Both the position numbers and the translations under genes were made by a program. A stretch of 63,334 nucleotides of DNA, filler included. It is 22 parts of 22 records of this genome, joined end to end, with 100 filler letters (N's around TTAATTAATTAA, not from the genome) between each part and the next. Parts side by side here need not be neighbours in the genome. Positions count along the whole stretch, not along the records: positions 1 to 2,228 come from SRR16133337_105463; positions 2,329 to 5,421 come from SRR16133337_105475; positions 5,522 to 7,773 come from SRR16133337_105620; positions 7,874 to 9,985 come from SRR16133337_105801; positions 10,086 to 12,509 come from SRR16133337_105833; positions 12,610 to 15,510 come from SRR16133337_105984; 16 more parts are not named here. One strand, 5' to 3'. Positions 1-13,736 of this stretch are shown here, piece after piece (positions within the stretch are counted from its first letter, which is position 1; every line of letters starts with the position of its first letter). Below the pieces are notes generated by a model. That model made no database searches. It was not told the origin of the DNA and saw only the letters and a program-made list of their open reading frames with translations.

Positions 1-1582
1 TGTGCTTTTCCGATCTATTGGATGATGCATATTTTTAGGCTTCGAAAAGAAATATCTGAGTTCTCTCAGGAACTGAAGCATGGAATTAATGGTGTAAGTC
101 AGTATTTATGAGTGATTTGTTTTAGAAAAACAACGGCAACTGCCAAATAGTATTTTATTCATTTTTTTATGTTTGAATATTTACACATATATTTTCTGTT
201 AGATTATATCCGATTATCAGACTTCTGAAAACAGACTCGCTCAATTACAAACAAAATGTGACAAAGTATGTTTTACTGCAGCAAATTTTATTTTTCAAAA
301 AATTAAAAATAAAAGAGCAAATAAATAAACGATGACAAATTTAAGTGAATGACGTAAGCAATATGAACCGCGGGAATGCGGTCCCCCGTTTTGGTACAGT
401 TTTCTACATTTTGCCAAATATTATATTGAATTTTGTCCTTCCATTGAAAAAAGAAAATTATACAAAAACAACGCTTTTGATTTGTAGGAGATTGTTTGTA
501 AAGCGATTGCTTTTGGTTGATAAGAATTATAACAAGCATACGCTTCAATACCTTAGGTATGGGCTTTTTCGGCGCGTCGATGACATTTACACAAATATCT
601 CTTTTCGAAGTAAAAAATATTAAATGCGATCAAATATTTTATGTGCTGTTCGCTTCGTAGTATGGGTGTAAACGTGAACATATGAATATGTTGTTGTGCT
701 ATTAGGCGAAAAAGAACTATGCAGACACCCACGACAAACTCGTACGGCGTATAGATGAATTTAATCACTCGATTCTAAAGGAAAAAGCGAGAGTATGTTT
801 TTATTTTGCATCACCATAGTGTTTTCTTTCAATGATTGACATATCGGAATTTCTCGCGTCAAAATTGTTGCGTGATATCCGCAAATTGAAACATTAAAAC
901 ATTTCTATGCAAGGCGTACTTATGATTCAGAAGTTATTTGAGATTTATTTTATTTTTGCTGGGCACGCATATTATAGTGCGGTTCTTTTGACTTCAAATA
1001 CTTATAGTTTAGTAATTTTCACTCAAGTGCTCCTAGTCGCCCATAGTTCATTGCTATACAGGGGCTAACGGCTAACGGAGTACGAACACATCCACACTCA
1101 CTTCCCTCCGCCCCTTTCTCCTCTCAAAACCTTTTCCCCTCTCCTACACCTTCACCACTTCCCTTAAGGCATTTTTTTGTGATTTTTAAATTAAAAAGAA
1201 GTTGTGTTTTTGGAAAAACCCAAGGGGATACCACCCACATTTTCCCCAAAAAAGTGTGAATTTTCGAATGTGTTGTGGGTTTCTTACTCCAGTAGTATTG
1301 TGCTGGTCTAACGCATTTACAACACACACCGCAACATACACTTAAGAACGCTACTGCCAAATCTCTTCCACCTCCCACAATTACATGCGCACTTTTTCTA
1401 CCAATTTCTCATATTCACCACTGCCATTGATACACACATTCTATCACTCACACCTCACACCACACTCTACGAAAATGGTATTTTTTTTAACAACAAGGCA
1501 GTAATTACTGTTAGGATTTTTTAACCCTCCCCACCATTTTATTTCACAATCGCCAAACAATGTGAATATTATATTTTGTTAG

Positions 1583-2169
1583 AGAGAAAAATCGTTACGG
1601 CGCTTGGAAAATGAACTTCGTGAGAAGATGCAACCAGTCTACAGAACAGCGTACTTAGAGTTAAAATCTTTTCAAGAGTCATTCGATGAACAAAAAGACA
1701 TTTTGTTGGATGTGAGTAGAATGTCATAAAGTTTGAAATCGAAATCGTTTAAAGGAAATACACAGTACGAAAGGGGACGATTCTTTTAATTTTCACTTCA
1801 CGAGCTTAATATTTTAATCTATGAGCAATGAAAGAAGAATTTTTGCAAATTGTGAAAACAGAATATCATATTTCCAGTGCAGCACAAGACTCAGTTATTG
1901 TTTTATTTTTCCAACTTCATATCTTTTAACGGAAATAGCAGCGCAAACGAGCTTTTAACAAAGGATCACCCATTCCTTCCGCTCCGCTGATTAATGTAAT
2001 CAAATGTTTTGTATTTATTTTTAGGAACTCGAAGATATGGAAATTAAACGGTTCAATAAAACAGAAATATTTCTCAATGTTTACTTGGATCTCGAAACAG
2101 AAACGAAGCAATTCTATGCGCAAACCGCTGCTGAAATATTAAACAAAGTTGCATCGATTGACGGCTCAA
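1583..2169 (+). CDS. Internal exons of an unidentified eukaryotic gene (charged, helical)
   Basis: AG-exon-GT blocks, e.g. 1583-1711 (REKSLRRLENELREKMQ...ILLD|gtgagt) and about 2025-2169 (ELEDMEIKRFNK...). No recognisable domain. Confidence 0.4.
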
Positions 2170-2228
2170 GTATGTACACTTTGTTTTTGAAGCCATCGGA
2201 CAGTATGGGCACGGTTGCTTTTATTATT

Positions 2229-2328
2229 NNNNNNNNNNNNNNNNNNNNNNNNNNNNNNNNNNNNNNNNNNNNTTAATTAATTAANNNNNNNNNNNNNNNN
2301 NNNNNNNNNNNNNNNNNNNNNNNNNNNN
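2229..2328. other. Artificial contig-joining spacer N44-TTAATTAATTAA-N44 (first of 21)
   Basis: Identical 100-bp spacer with stops in all six frames. Others start at 5422, 7774, 9986, 12510, 15511, 17789, 22310, 24783, 27478, 31733, 35696, 38816, 41567, 43888, 47322, 49682, 52158, 54338, 57894 and 60033. Sequence character often changes abruptly across them. Confidence 0.99.
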
Positions 2329-2959
2329 CGACATCCTGCCGAGAAAGTCCACATCACCATTTAATACAAATACCTTAAACAACAGCTACCAATACACAAC
2401 TTCCACAAAGCGAGTATTTCAATTAACATACCTTTATTGTCTCAATCTTACCAATTTTTGTAAGTCAAATAACCACTCGCAATGTCTGAAGACAGAAAAA
2501 CACCTCCAAAAATCATCATAATCTCCTTTGTATCTCCACCCACAAAAATTGATCCCACCATAAGACCGACTCCAATGAGCAAGAAGGAACACAGCTAACC
2601 AAAACCATTTCTTGCGAAAAACAAATGAAAAACCTAATTCAAAGAATATAATCAATCCAGCACCGGGTTCTGGCATCATTCACAGCCAAGTTTGTGATAC
2701 ATGGAAGATTGCAAGACAGTCAATTCAATCCAATATATCTATTCAAAAAAAGTTGTTCGCTTAGAATTCATCTGTGCTACATAATTCATGGTAGTCACGC
2801 CACATACACTACAGCCACCCAGAAATGATAAGCTAAGTCACAAGAATGGAGTGGAGGTGGGGTTACTGTGAATTGTGATGTAGTATTTTTGTAAAAGTTC
2901 ATTTAAGATGTCCAAAAGATAACACTCGACCAAAATGCCGTTGTTTGTGGAAACGAGTA

Positions 2960-3144
2960 CAGTTATTATTCACTCATAAGACGCGTCTTACAAGTGAATA
3001 ATTTGACAAAACTTCTCAAGTCAAAATTTTAATCACTTTTAAAACTCATTTTAACTACTTTTTTTGGCACTTTTAGCAAATTTCAGTTTTCAAAAATTTC
3101 AATGCGTCTTACAAGTGAAGCGTCTTACAAGTGAATAACTACTG
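2960..3144. mobile_element. 185-bp Tc1/mariner-pogo-type MITE
   Basis: 25-bp TIRs CAGTTATTATTCACTCATAAGACGC versus reverse-complemented CAGTAGTTATTCACTTGTAAGACGC (21/25). TA flanks both sides (2958-59, 3145-46). Internal GCGTCTTACAAGTGAA repeats. Confidence 0.8.
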
Positions 3145-5965
3145 TACCAGAAATCACACCTAGGCATTTTCAGCCAGAAAATATGCACCAGTGTGTAGCA
3201 GGGAACAATTGCTTTTAATTGGTTGCATTCATGGATGGATTTGTTTTGATTGGTTGGCAAAAGAGCAAGCTTTCCGAAAAAAGATTCAATTTTCGCTGCA
3301 TTTTGTGTGAATTTTCATGTCTATGCCTTGAAAATCACTTGGTGTATTTTTGCATTCACATGAAACATGTCGAAGTTCCTAAAAATCAATTTTCTTTCAT
3401 TTCCTGTGGTTTTTGCTCAAAAAGAAACGACTTTAAAAATCTCATTTCACTCCGTGGGTTGATTCTTAGCTTAAACCAAAATTAGAAAAATTCAGACTGA
3501 CTGTGTAACCACCCCAAAAATTATTCGTCACCTCCCTATTTGTTGAAGTGAAACCTCACAAAGAATATTTGTCATTTACCTTGGAAGATTTAACTCCATC
3601 CCCATCACTTGCTCCAACATTTCCAGTCGAATGTCGTCCAGCGGAACCATCGGAATCTTCTCGAACATTAATAATCACTGCATAAACACGCAACACACAT
3701 ACATTAAAAAAAACTTTCAAGGTTGACACTTTGCCATAATCCAAAAATTTGTGAAACCATAAATTGGTGAACAACTTGCCATTAAAGATCCCACCAAGAG
3801 TTGAGGCAGCTAACTCATAAAACTTTCATTTGGGGGAGTGATTTGTGCAAAAACTGTGAGTTATACCCTTTGAACAGGGTGTGACATACGAGAAATGTGA
3901 AAAACTGTGTCTTTGAAAAATGTAATGTGTTCAAAATTAAATAAATTGTACAGGATCCAAAATTAAAACGTCCAATACACTACACAATAAAACTTTCCAA
4001 TGACTTGTTCACACGGTGCATCACAAAACGTCGTTTGAATATCATAAAAATAGAAAACGCAAATCGATCACTTTGACACTTTGCTCACAGAAAGGGTCAA
4101 TCCAAAAATGAAAACAAACCTTTTGATTTTTCTTTCGCGATTTTTTTCTCAAGAGCTTTTATTGCGGCTGGAGCGCTATTTAGTACTATGAGATTTCTTG
4201 CTGCTTTCGGTTTGCGATATTCACTTAACAGTTCGTCCTCAAGGCTTTGCAAAAATTCCTGATCTAACAAACAAAAAATAAAAACACTTGTGTCAGGTTC
4301 GTGGTTTTCAGAGTGACCCAATGGCACCACACTAAAACACAACTGCTGCTCCGAGGACAATTTTATGTACATCCACTTTTTGCGAGTGCAAACCGAACCA
4401 ATGCGATGACTTCAATTTTTTCTTGAAACAACGTGGACGTGGGTTTGAACCACCATGCTGTGGTACTTCCATTTTTGTAACAAACTACCGAAAGGACCGT
4501 CTCATGAGGGTGGAATAGAGCCAAAACAGTGGGCGTTCGCACCATTTTGCAGCCTGGAGGCAGGAAGTTCGTGAATTTTCTTGAAATTGTACTTGCATGA
4601 TGTTTTACTATTCACATTCCTCCTGCAGGCGTGGTCGGCACAGAATAGAAACTCGCTATTTTTAGCGTATTTTGATCGTCCTGCCACAAGAAAATCCGAT
4701 CAAACAAACATTTCTCCAGAACACAAGCGCCAACTTTGAGAAATTTTCCCTAACCAAAATTGTGTAAGCAATTGTCCTTGGAACAGTAAATATAAACACA
4801 AAAAATGAGATACTAAAGCCCGAAACCAATGTACTCACCAGTTTTTTCTTCTTGAAGATCAATGTCTTGAGCCAGGACGCCAACCTAACATTCAAAAGCG
4901 GCATGAAACGCGGTGGACACAACGTGACAACAAATTCCTGCGTTGAAACGAGTTACTTCCCTGTCAAAACAAGCTTTTGTGAAGAGGCAATGACATTTTC
5001 AGGCATGGTGGCCGTCTTCTTTCTTTTTCAAAAATTAGGACGCGATCGTGAACTCAAAATTAAACTTTTGTGAACATTTCAGCACAAAAAAAACAAAACC
5101 ACCGAAGCTCCTTGTGGTGTTGACAATAACAAGAAAAAACACCAGACTGCATTCCTTCGTCATAAACAGCCAAATATCTCCGGAAGCAATCAGTGCATTC
5201 CCCACCCTCATCCGAAATCCAGAAAAATTTCACAAAACTTGGACATGAAAAAACAAACCTCTTCAGCTTCAGCCGCCTCCTCCTCCTCAGCGTTAGCACC
5301 TTGCTCCTCTTCCCGTTTCGGCTGCTCAACCTCTTGCCCCGGTTTCGGCTCAGCCAAAAGTGGCATCACATCATCGTTGTCGAACATATTTAATAGATTT
5401 GTCCGAAAACTACGTAAAAAANNNNNNNNNNNNNNNNNNNNNNNNNNNNNNNNNNNNNNNNNNNNTTAATTAATTAANNNNNNNNNNNNNNNNNNNNNNN
5501 NNNNNNNNNNNNNNNNNNNNNACTCCATAGAGTGGGTTAAACGCCTCACCAGCGCATTTCAAGCCATCATTCTGAAATTCTCAAATCTATCTTGAATTTA
5601 TCTCTTAATCATAAAAAAATTTTGAAAGCATGTGGCTCTATTCGTAAATGAGAATAGAAGTGCCACTGGAGTAAACTTCACAAAAATTCAATTAAAATGA
5701 GAAATTTCTAGTGCCGTCCAAGATTTTCATCATGAAATGCATTTACGTGTCCTGGTCTCATTTCAAGTTGTTCTCTCACCCGAATGGAAAAAAAAAGAAA
5801 AACGTTGCTTTACAAAGCTTTAGCAACGAGAACTTGTTTGAGTCTAAATTCAATAGTACTCTTTTTTTTCTTCCACCAACGTAGTTTTTCAAATTAACAA
5901 TCGCAACGAACTAACAAACTTCATGTATACTTTATTTACACCAGATCAAACAACCACTGCACACA

Positions 5966-6299
5966 CTAATTACCCTGATCAGTCAACTGACGATGGTGAC
6001 CTTTTTGTTCACGTCTTTTAGCCACAAATTCCTTGTAACGTTTGTACACATCATGCAAATGAACACATGCCTTTACAATAGGTTGTCCAAGCCCAAGAAA
6101 CACGACAGAAAGTTCCATTTTGTCTGACACATTCTCAGAATCAACCAATGTCCACACAAACCACACTATGGACAAAATCACAACTATCACACTGAATGCG
6201 AGTCCCGCTTTCTCGAAAATTCTCTTCTTTTTCTTGTGTTCATACCATGCCCACGCGATTGCGAATAATGCGACAACTGTGGCGCACAAGGGTTCTGGT
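5966..6299 (-). CDS. Terminal exon of a small multi-pass membrane protein (eukaryotic, unidentified)
   Basis: Three hydrophobic segments separated by basic loops. The ORF begins just after a T-rich AG acceptor. Confidence 0.4.
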
Positions 6300-9200
6300 C
6301 ACCCTAAAAAAAAAACGCACAGACACATAGAAAAAGTGTCAATGTCAATTGACTCACCCCTTTCCAGCTATTCACATTTCAATCGCACACCATGCTTTTC
6401 AACATGCAATCTCAAAATAATCGCGGGCGTGTGTGGTGTATGTGTGTGTGTGACGGTAGTAAATTCAGAAGTGCAGTCACCAAACGTGAATTTTTTACTT
6501 GGAGATTACATTACAAACGCCCAAATTTGGCGGGCTTACACCAAACTGGTCCATTAAGGCATCAAAAGTTGATTCTCTTGCGACTGTTGTGTCACGTTAC
6601 AGAATACAATGCGAAAAATGTGGGAAAACCAACAATTTTGGAAAAATTACATTTGGAGTGTCAGGGTTTCAATGAGGTTCTGCCTGAAACCTGAAATAAT
6701 TTTCCACCTGAAATAATTTTCCACCTGAAATACATTTAGAGAAGGACAAACATGCAAAAATGCTCTTCAAAACAAAACAAAACAAAAAAACACGAAAACG
6801 GTGTTTTTTCGTGTTCATCACCACAAGAAAACTCAGTGCTTTTTTGACAAACAGTTGAAACTGTGACGTTGCCAAACACACAATTCCCTTAACACAAAAA
6901 CCAACTTAGCCAAACAGCTTGCTGTCAATTTTTTAAAAGTGTCTGAACAGCCCGAAAAAATCTTTTTACTGACCTGAGTTAATTAGTCAAAATTTTTAAA
7001 ATTGTGTAAAATGCAAAGAACCCTATCTCTTTCTTTCCAACGTACCCGATTTTTAATAATGGATCCAGATCCCGATGACAACAGCGGTTGAGATAACGGA
7101 GAGCGAGTAGCAGATTTCGTAATTGAGGTTTTCCTATCACAAGAGTCATTTCGTTGATTTCCAGTAAAAAATTTGTCAAAAGATTCACCCATGGATGAGA
7201 AGAATAGGATAACACGCTCTTGAAAGGGACTTACATTCAGGTATGGATCTACAACAAACACAAAAATAAAATTGAGTACTCCAACACAACTGATTTTTGA
7301 AAGTATCACAATTTCAAAACCACACCAAACTGGTTAACAGCAAAAAAACAAAACAAAAAATCTGCAAAAGCTGTGTGTTTTTTGAAAGACAAGTTTCGTC
7401 CAGAACCACTTCACAATTTCAAACAGTTTTAAAGGAACTGGTACAATGCAACCCCTGTTCCATTTTCACGCCATTGTGACGGATTAACGCTTCTTTTCAC
7501 ATCTCACCCAGACTGGCTATCGCGTTTTGATTCTTGAAATTAACAAAAACTAACAAGAAATTGAATTCCAAATTTTATGGACCCCACTTTTTTTCAAGAT
7601 ATGTGCAACAAAAAGACCATGTCGAACGTACACAAAGACCAACTAAAATTTACCTGCAGATATTTCTCCAACTCGTGCTTGTAACTCTGCACTAGGTGTA
7701 AGTGGGGTGGTGTGTGTGTTGTTGTAATACCCATTTAACCTGGATAATATACCTAAACTTTTCGGTATAAAAGNNNNNNNNNNNNNNNNNNNNNNNNNNN
7801 NNNNNNNNNNNNNNNNNTTAATTAATTAANNNNNNNNNNNNNNNNNNNNNNNNNNNNNNNNNNNNNNNNNNNNAACAGACTGATTTAAAAACAAAATTTG
7901 AGAATAAACAAGAAAAATGTAGATGAAAAACATGCATTCCAAAAGTATTCGTGTCGTGAGTATTTTGATTCACACGGCAAATATGTTGTGAATGCAAGAA
8001 TTTTATTCATGTGACCAATAACAATATATTTGTTTTTAAACTTGCATCATAAAAAACCACAGAAAAGATATGACCACTTACCCGCAGAGGGTGTCTTTGT
8101 CTAATACACAAATGATTTTTCAAAACAATAAATGAGAACCGGTGACATTTTTGACATAGAAATTGGTTGTACAGCGCAATCTGTCTGTACTCTATCCAAA
8201 ATTTGACTTTGCAAATTTGTTTCGAAGGGCTTGCAAGCGAAAACAAAGTGCAACATCCAAGAGATATCCTCTTTTTTTTCGACTCGTATAACCCTTGGAT
8301 ATCACGTTAATACTTACAGAAATATGAACATTTACTTCCGCAAGTTTTTCAACAACAACAAAAATTGGCATGTTATATATAAAAAACAAATGGTTTGTTT
8401 TTGTGTTTTTTTTGTTTTGTTTTACATATTCTCGGATCTTTGCACCATCCGCAAAAGCTTGTAAAATTGATTTTGTAAATGAGGGATTTCGAAAATTCTT
8501 TTAGATTTAACTTTCAACAATTTCATGGGTATAAAATTCAACTTTCTCATAGGACATTCGATAAAATTCGACTTTGCGGAAATCATTGTTCTTTTGTTAG
8601 CCCCGGCCAATATAAACTCTATTTTATTTGCGTTTTTAAGCGCATAGTAAAACAAACTTGGCCACAGAGTATTCTTTTGGCATGTTGGTACTTTTTGCAC
8701 AAACTTGAATTCTGCAGGAGAAAACAATTTTATTACTTTGTCCTGCAGTTTATATAAATCCACGTCTTATAAATTGAAAAATTATGGTACACAGCACAAT
8801 GAGAAAGTTTTGATTGAAACAGTAAATTTTAATAGTATGTTCAAAATCAAATTTATATTTACAGAGCCGACGACAAGACCTCAGTTTCGTTCGAAATGGC
8901 AAAGCAACTGTTTTTGATTAAAAAAACATTACAGAATGAACGGAAAAATGTGGTAATCGCTCTCTATATGATTTGTTTGTATTTGTAGCTCATTGTCGTA
9001 AAGATGTTTTGCATAAAAATATGTAGAAATAATTCATACATATTGCTTATAAAATAATCACACACATTTTTGTGTGTCTTGTTGCATTACATATCTTAAA
9101 TTGTCTTACATTTGTCATTGTGAAAAATCCCCTTTGCAACACAATTCAATTATATAATTTGATTCCAGGCAACAATCAAACATGCTGATAGCTGACTTGG

Positions 9201-10204
9201 AAAGATTACATTTTAAAAAAACAATTAAAAATGAAGTCAAATTCTGTTTTATTTTAAATTTAAAAAATATCAAAAACCCATAATGACGCTAAACACGTGG
9301 CTAAAGAAATTATTGCTGGTGGATGGACTAAAGAAATTATTTTGTTGATGGAATTTGCATTTCCCTGCGGTTTTGTACAACCCCACTGTATAAACTGAAA
9401 ATATTTATTCACACAAAAATATGACAATTTTTACCAAAAACAAAAATTCACGAAACTTAATCCAATGCAGGTTTATCAACCTATTAATCCATTATAATCA
9501 TTTTATTTTTCCTGCATTGGTTTCATGCGTAAAAATAAACATGTTACATAGTGCAACAATACAAGCGTTTTGTAAAAAAAAAATGCAAAATCAATTATCG
9601 AAAAACATAACTTAATTTGGAATACCTGAATTTTTCATTACATACACTGAAAATTAAAAATTGCGCTGATAGTCCTTCTGAGAACTACAAATACACTAGT
9701 TTTCATTTACAACAACTTTTTAAGCCCCGTCAGAAATGTTTGTAAATTTTACCTCCCGAATCTCGCAATCATCTTCATAAAAAATGACTTTTAGCCCCTA
9801 AAAACTTGTTCCCCAACCGTAGAGAATTATCGCAGTTTTATAACTATTTTAACAATATTGATCTTATTTCCCATAACCAAAGTGTGTTTCAACTTTCTGA
9901 AAATTATTTTTGGGATCAACCACATTTTGCATATTTTCATCTGAAAGAAAATTCTCGTTCCATGTGTCAAATATTTCACAAAAATNNNNNNNNNNNNNNN
10001 NNNNNNNNNNNNNNNNNNNNNNNNNNNNNTTAATTAATTAANNNNNNNNNNNNNNNNNNNNNNNNNNNNNNNNNNNNNNNNNNNNGTGAAGTGGGACTTA
10101 TCTTTCTTTTTTAGAACGCCGCAACCTACACGCCTGGGCAAAGTGAATGTTCTCCGTAAAAAGGTAAGACAAAAAAAAATTACAGTCGCGGCTTTCTTGG
10201 CCCC

Positions 10205-10297
10205 CGCATTATTTTTGTTCTCACATTATTTTTGTCCTCGCATTATTTTGTCATCGCATTATTTTTCCTCTCGCATATTTTTCCTTTCGCACTTTTT
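10205..10297 (+). repeat. Tandem ~17-18-bp CGCATTATTTTTG repeats, probably subterminal repeats of the adjacent transposon
   Basis: About 5 degenerate copies between the contig start and the transposase ATG. Confidence 0.6.
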
Positions 10298-10341
10298 TGT
10301 TTTAAGGTGAGTTCTCCAAAAGAATATAAATTGTGGCGTTA

Positions 10342-12509
10342 ATGGAGGATTGGAATTTTGTGGAAGAAAAAATTTGTAGATCGTGAATATAAACCGCGGT
10401 TCACAGATTTGACTTACTCCTTATGTATTTAGCCTATTCCATGTGGATGCGAGATCAAGAACTTGTATATTCTGTTTCCGTATAATTCCGTTGGACAAAA
10501 ATGGGGTGCTTGAAAAACGGACCGTTGATTTGTCAACACATGATGCGATGACAGCATCAGTAATTAAGCTTTTACCACAATTCTCACCACTTGATCAAAG
10601 GATGCCTGTTTGCGTTTGTTCGAAGTGTTCACGACAAGTCCGTATGGATGGTGTATCCGGAAGGAAAACCAATCTTCCTTTGGTCGACAACATAAACAAA
10701 CATCTTGCAAAACAAAAACGGTTCACGCGATCCACACAAGTTTGTGGTGATGAATGCTTAATTTGCCCCTCTAAAAGACCAAAAACACTCAGTAGATATA
10801 ACAAACGCGTTAGTGTTGGGCGTCCAAAATCTCAACCAGTAAAGCGAGGTCGGCCACAAAAGCAAACGAATTGTGGAGAAATAAAACTCAGCGAAGTCAA
10901 ACAAATAACACATGAAGATTTGCGTGAGTTGCAAGTGCAGCAAAACTTGTCACAAACTCAGACACTTGGGATTGCAGCACATCTCCGACATAAAACACAA
11001 ACTCGTAAATTGATTGAGCCTGGGCTGAAGCAATTCTGTACAGACCAAAATAAGATATTTGTTGATTTATTCAAACCTGTAAGTTCGAAAATTATCGTTG
11101 TATTGTGTTTTGCCTTATATTATATAAGTAGAGTTGTAGTGTTTACTTTCAGAATCTTACATTCAGTAAGTGTCTTACTTTTGAAATAACACCCGAATTT
11201 TTTAATTTATTTTTTGGGGATTGTGTATTTTGTTCCAAGGTATTAGATCATACAAAAAAAAATTGCTTGTGCCGCACAAGTTCAATGTTAAGCGTGTGGA
11301 AATATTTCTAAAAAACATGCACTTCCGCTAAGATATATTTCAAATGTGTTTGCACCAGTCACATATTTGCGAGAAATTAAAACAATGTGAAAATGTCCAG
11401 TCTTTTTGAACAAAAGTATAGGATGGTTATTGTTAAAAGACATGTTTAGCTCACAGTTAGTGTCCGTCGTTTTCAGGTGTCAATTTTGGGGTACATGGGA
11501 TCAATTTGTTGTGACGTAAAATCATTTGAAGAACGTGTAGTCAGATTACGTGAACAGGATCAATCGCAAATATTGTACAAGAAATTAGGAATAGATTCAG
11601 GACAAGGAAGTTTGAAAGTAACATTGTCATTGTTAGATCAATCAGAATTTGAAGGTAGATATCACAACAAAATTAACATGTGCTTTTGTCTTACGTACTA
11701 GTATATTACAAGGGAAATCAGAGCAATACCTCACTCCCACCATCTCTCCACCTCACCACTCACTAAATACAAAAAATTTGGTTGTTTGAGGGAGTTGCTG
11801 CTTTTGCCAGTTTTTTTAAGTTTTTGTTGTTTTTGTAAGACACCCCTTTAAAAGTTTGTGTGATTGAGGATCGAAGGGGTGTGGGTTCTTGCTAAGAGTT
11901 GAAATTCTTGCTCTGATTTCCTCTGCAACACCACAGAAAGTTATTTGTAGTATTTTTTGCTTCTATTGTTAACAAAAACTTCCGTAGTATCTTAACTTAG
12001 GAGATTGTCTAAGGATTTTCCGCTCACTTTCCACACTTAACGAATTTTTGAAATTTAGTACCTTGAATAGAAGGTAGGAGAATATAAAGCTTTATAAATC
12101 GTATAGCATGAGCACAATTGTCTAACAAATGAATTGTGTTTTCTAGAAAAACCGAAGCAAAAACGGCGCAAGTACAGCGAGAACAGGGATGTGCATTTTT
12201 CATCAAATGGAGTCAACAAATTGCTTCTGTTGGGCATTTTGGAGCGTGCGAAGGAGACTCGCGCCGTTGTTTCCAAACTAATCGCGTCCCTTTGTCTGGA
12301 TGAAACGTACAGACCTTCTGCGGATTTAAAATTAATTGCGTTGATCATCGGTGTAACAGGGGGAAACGCACGACATCCGTGCCCATTTTGTTTGTGGTTG
12401 TCTGGGATTTTTGGAAATTGTCAATGTACCCTCAGAACTTTTGAAAGTATAAGGAAATATTATAAAAAGTGGCTTGCAGCTGGGGGAAAAAAATCACAGA
12501 GAAAAAACT
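10342..12509 (+). mobile_element. Chapaev/Transib-type (RAG1-core-related) DNA transposase, spliced, 3' end cut off by the contig end
   Basis: Exons 10342-10382, 10433-11078, 11477-11653 and about 12147-12509. N-terminal Cys/His motif H..CIFC..CVCSKC..CGDECLIC, AT-hook KRGRP, catalytic-like LGIDSGQGSLK, then SADLKL...HPCPFC (compare RAG1 GYDEKL...ICTLC). Confidence 0.75.
11704..11930. mobile_element. Possible MITE nested in a transposase intron
   Basis: Imperfect 23-bp inverted repeats TATTACAAGGGAAATCAGAGCAA and TTGCTCTGATTTCCTCTGCAACA. No clear TSD. Confidence 0.45.
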
Positions 12510-13010
12510 NNNNNNNNNNNNNNNNNNNNNNNNNNNNNNNNNNNNNNNNNNNNTTAATTAATTAANNNNNNNNNNNNNNNNNNNNNNNNNNNNNNNNNNN
12601 NNNNNNNNNCAATAAAATTGCGGAATGTACAATAAAAACCACCATTCTGTTCCAGTACCCCCACACATAATTATATAACAACAAACCTTCATAAAAATTC
12701 AGAGGAGGGGAGTTGAAGTTGGAAACTCACCGTTATGTCCTAAGTTTTTTAAAAACTCTCCTTTGCAGCTACACTTAATGTTTACGTAAACATTGGAGGT
12801 AAGTTTACCAACCTTGCCTAGTGCGTACGCATTCTATAAAGCTTGAGTTTCCGCACACGATATCCGTTGTTTACACAAGTACAAGTAATTCATATGTATG
12901 GCATCAATGCAAAATTCGTTATGTATCTATATGTTACTTTTTGCTCAAAGTCGCTGAACTAACAGTTCATAAATTTTTTACACTCCAACAATATGAAAAT
13001 TCTTGCTTAC

Positions 13011-13736
13011 CTTCAAACTTGTCCATGGAATTGTATGTACATGTGACAATAAATTCATCCTTTGGGTATACGTCTCTTGGAGGATTTATTGGAAGCGTTT
13101 CTTGAAAATCAAAATCATAGTTTGGGTTATCATCGAGAATGGGGAGTTCAAATCCATCTCTAAATAAACACATACACAATGTCATGATACTTTATTATTA
13201 CGGCTGTATCTGATTCTCTTCTCTTTTTTAGCGTAAAATAAGAAACTTTCGTTAGTGAATTCGACATATTATTTGTTTACGTTGATCACAAGACCTGCGG
13301 AAATCACGCTCCTTAATACACAAATACGAGTTGGGATACAGACGTCGCATATCAAATTTAAATCTCACGTTAGTCATTTTCAGGTTGTGGAAAAATAAAA
13401 TGAAATAACGAAAATAACTGCTAAAAAGGCGAGCGAGTATACCACGCAGAGAGAAAATAGAGCATTTATAGACTTAAACACCCGTCGTCTCTCACTCACA
13501 CATACACTATTTTTCACTCAAACCCAAGACTAATTTCGTTACTTCACGCTTTGCTTTTGAAAAATGGTGAGGAGGGCCCATTGTGTGCTGACCCGACAAT
13601 TTGAAAACACTGGAGTGTAGTAAAAGCGCGGACGGATACCTGATATGTTGCAATTTTATTCCTCTCCCAAGAAGATGCGCGTGAAGCATCACACCGAAAA
13701 CCTTTGCGCCCTTCTCAAACACGTCAGTTGTACAAT
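13011..13736 (-). CDS. Copper type II ascorbate-dependent monooxygenase (DBH/MOXD1-like), two exons of the C-terminal domain
   Basis: Exons 13736-13640 and 13159-13011 join in frame: VFGVMLHAHLLGRGIKLQHIR-DGFELPILDDNPNYDFDFQE...FIVTCTYNS. HxH copper site and YDFxFQ motif present. Confidence 0.85.

Noticed and set aside
2273-2284. Recurrent TTAATTAATTAA palindrome
   Set aside because: Always centred between two N44 runs, so it is an artificial linker. ORFs ending in X runs or 'LIN' are artefacts of it.
4097-5390. Minus-strand ORF fragments with Cys/His residues as a zinc-finger or transposase gene
   Set aside because: Frames are broken and no family motif could be assigned with confidence.
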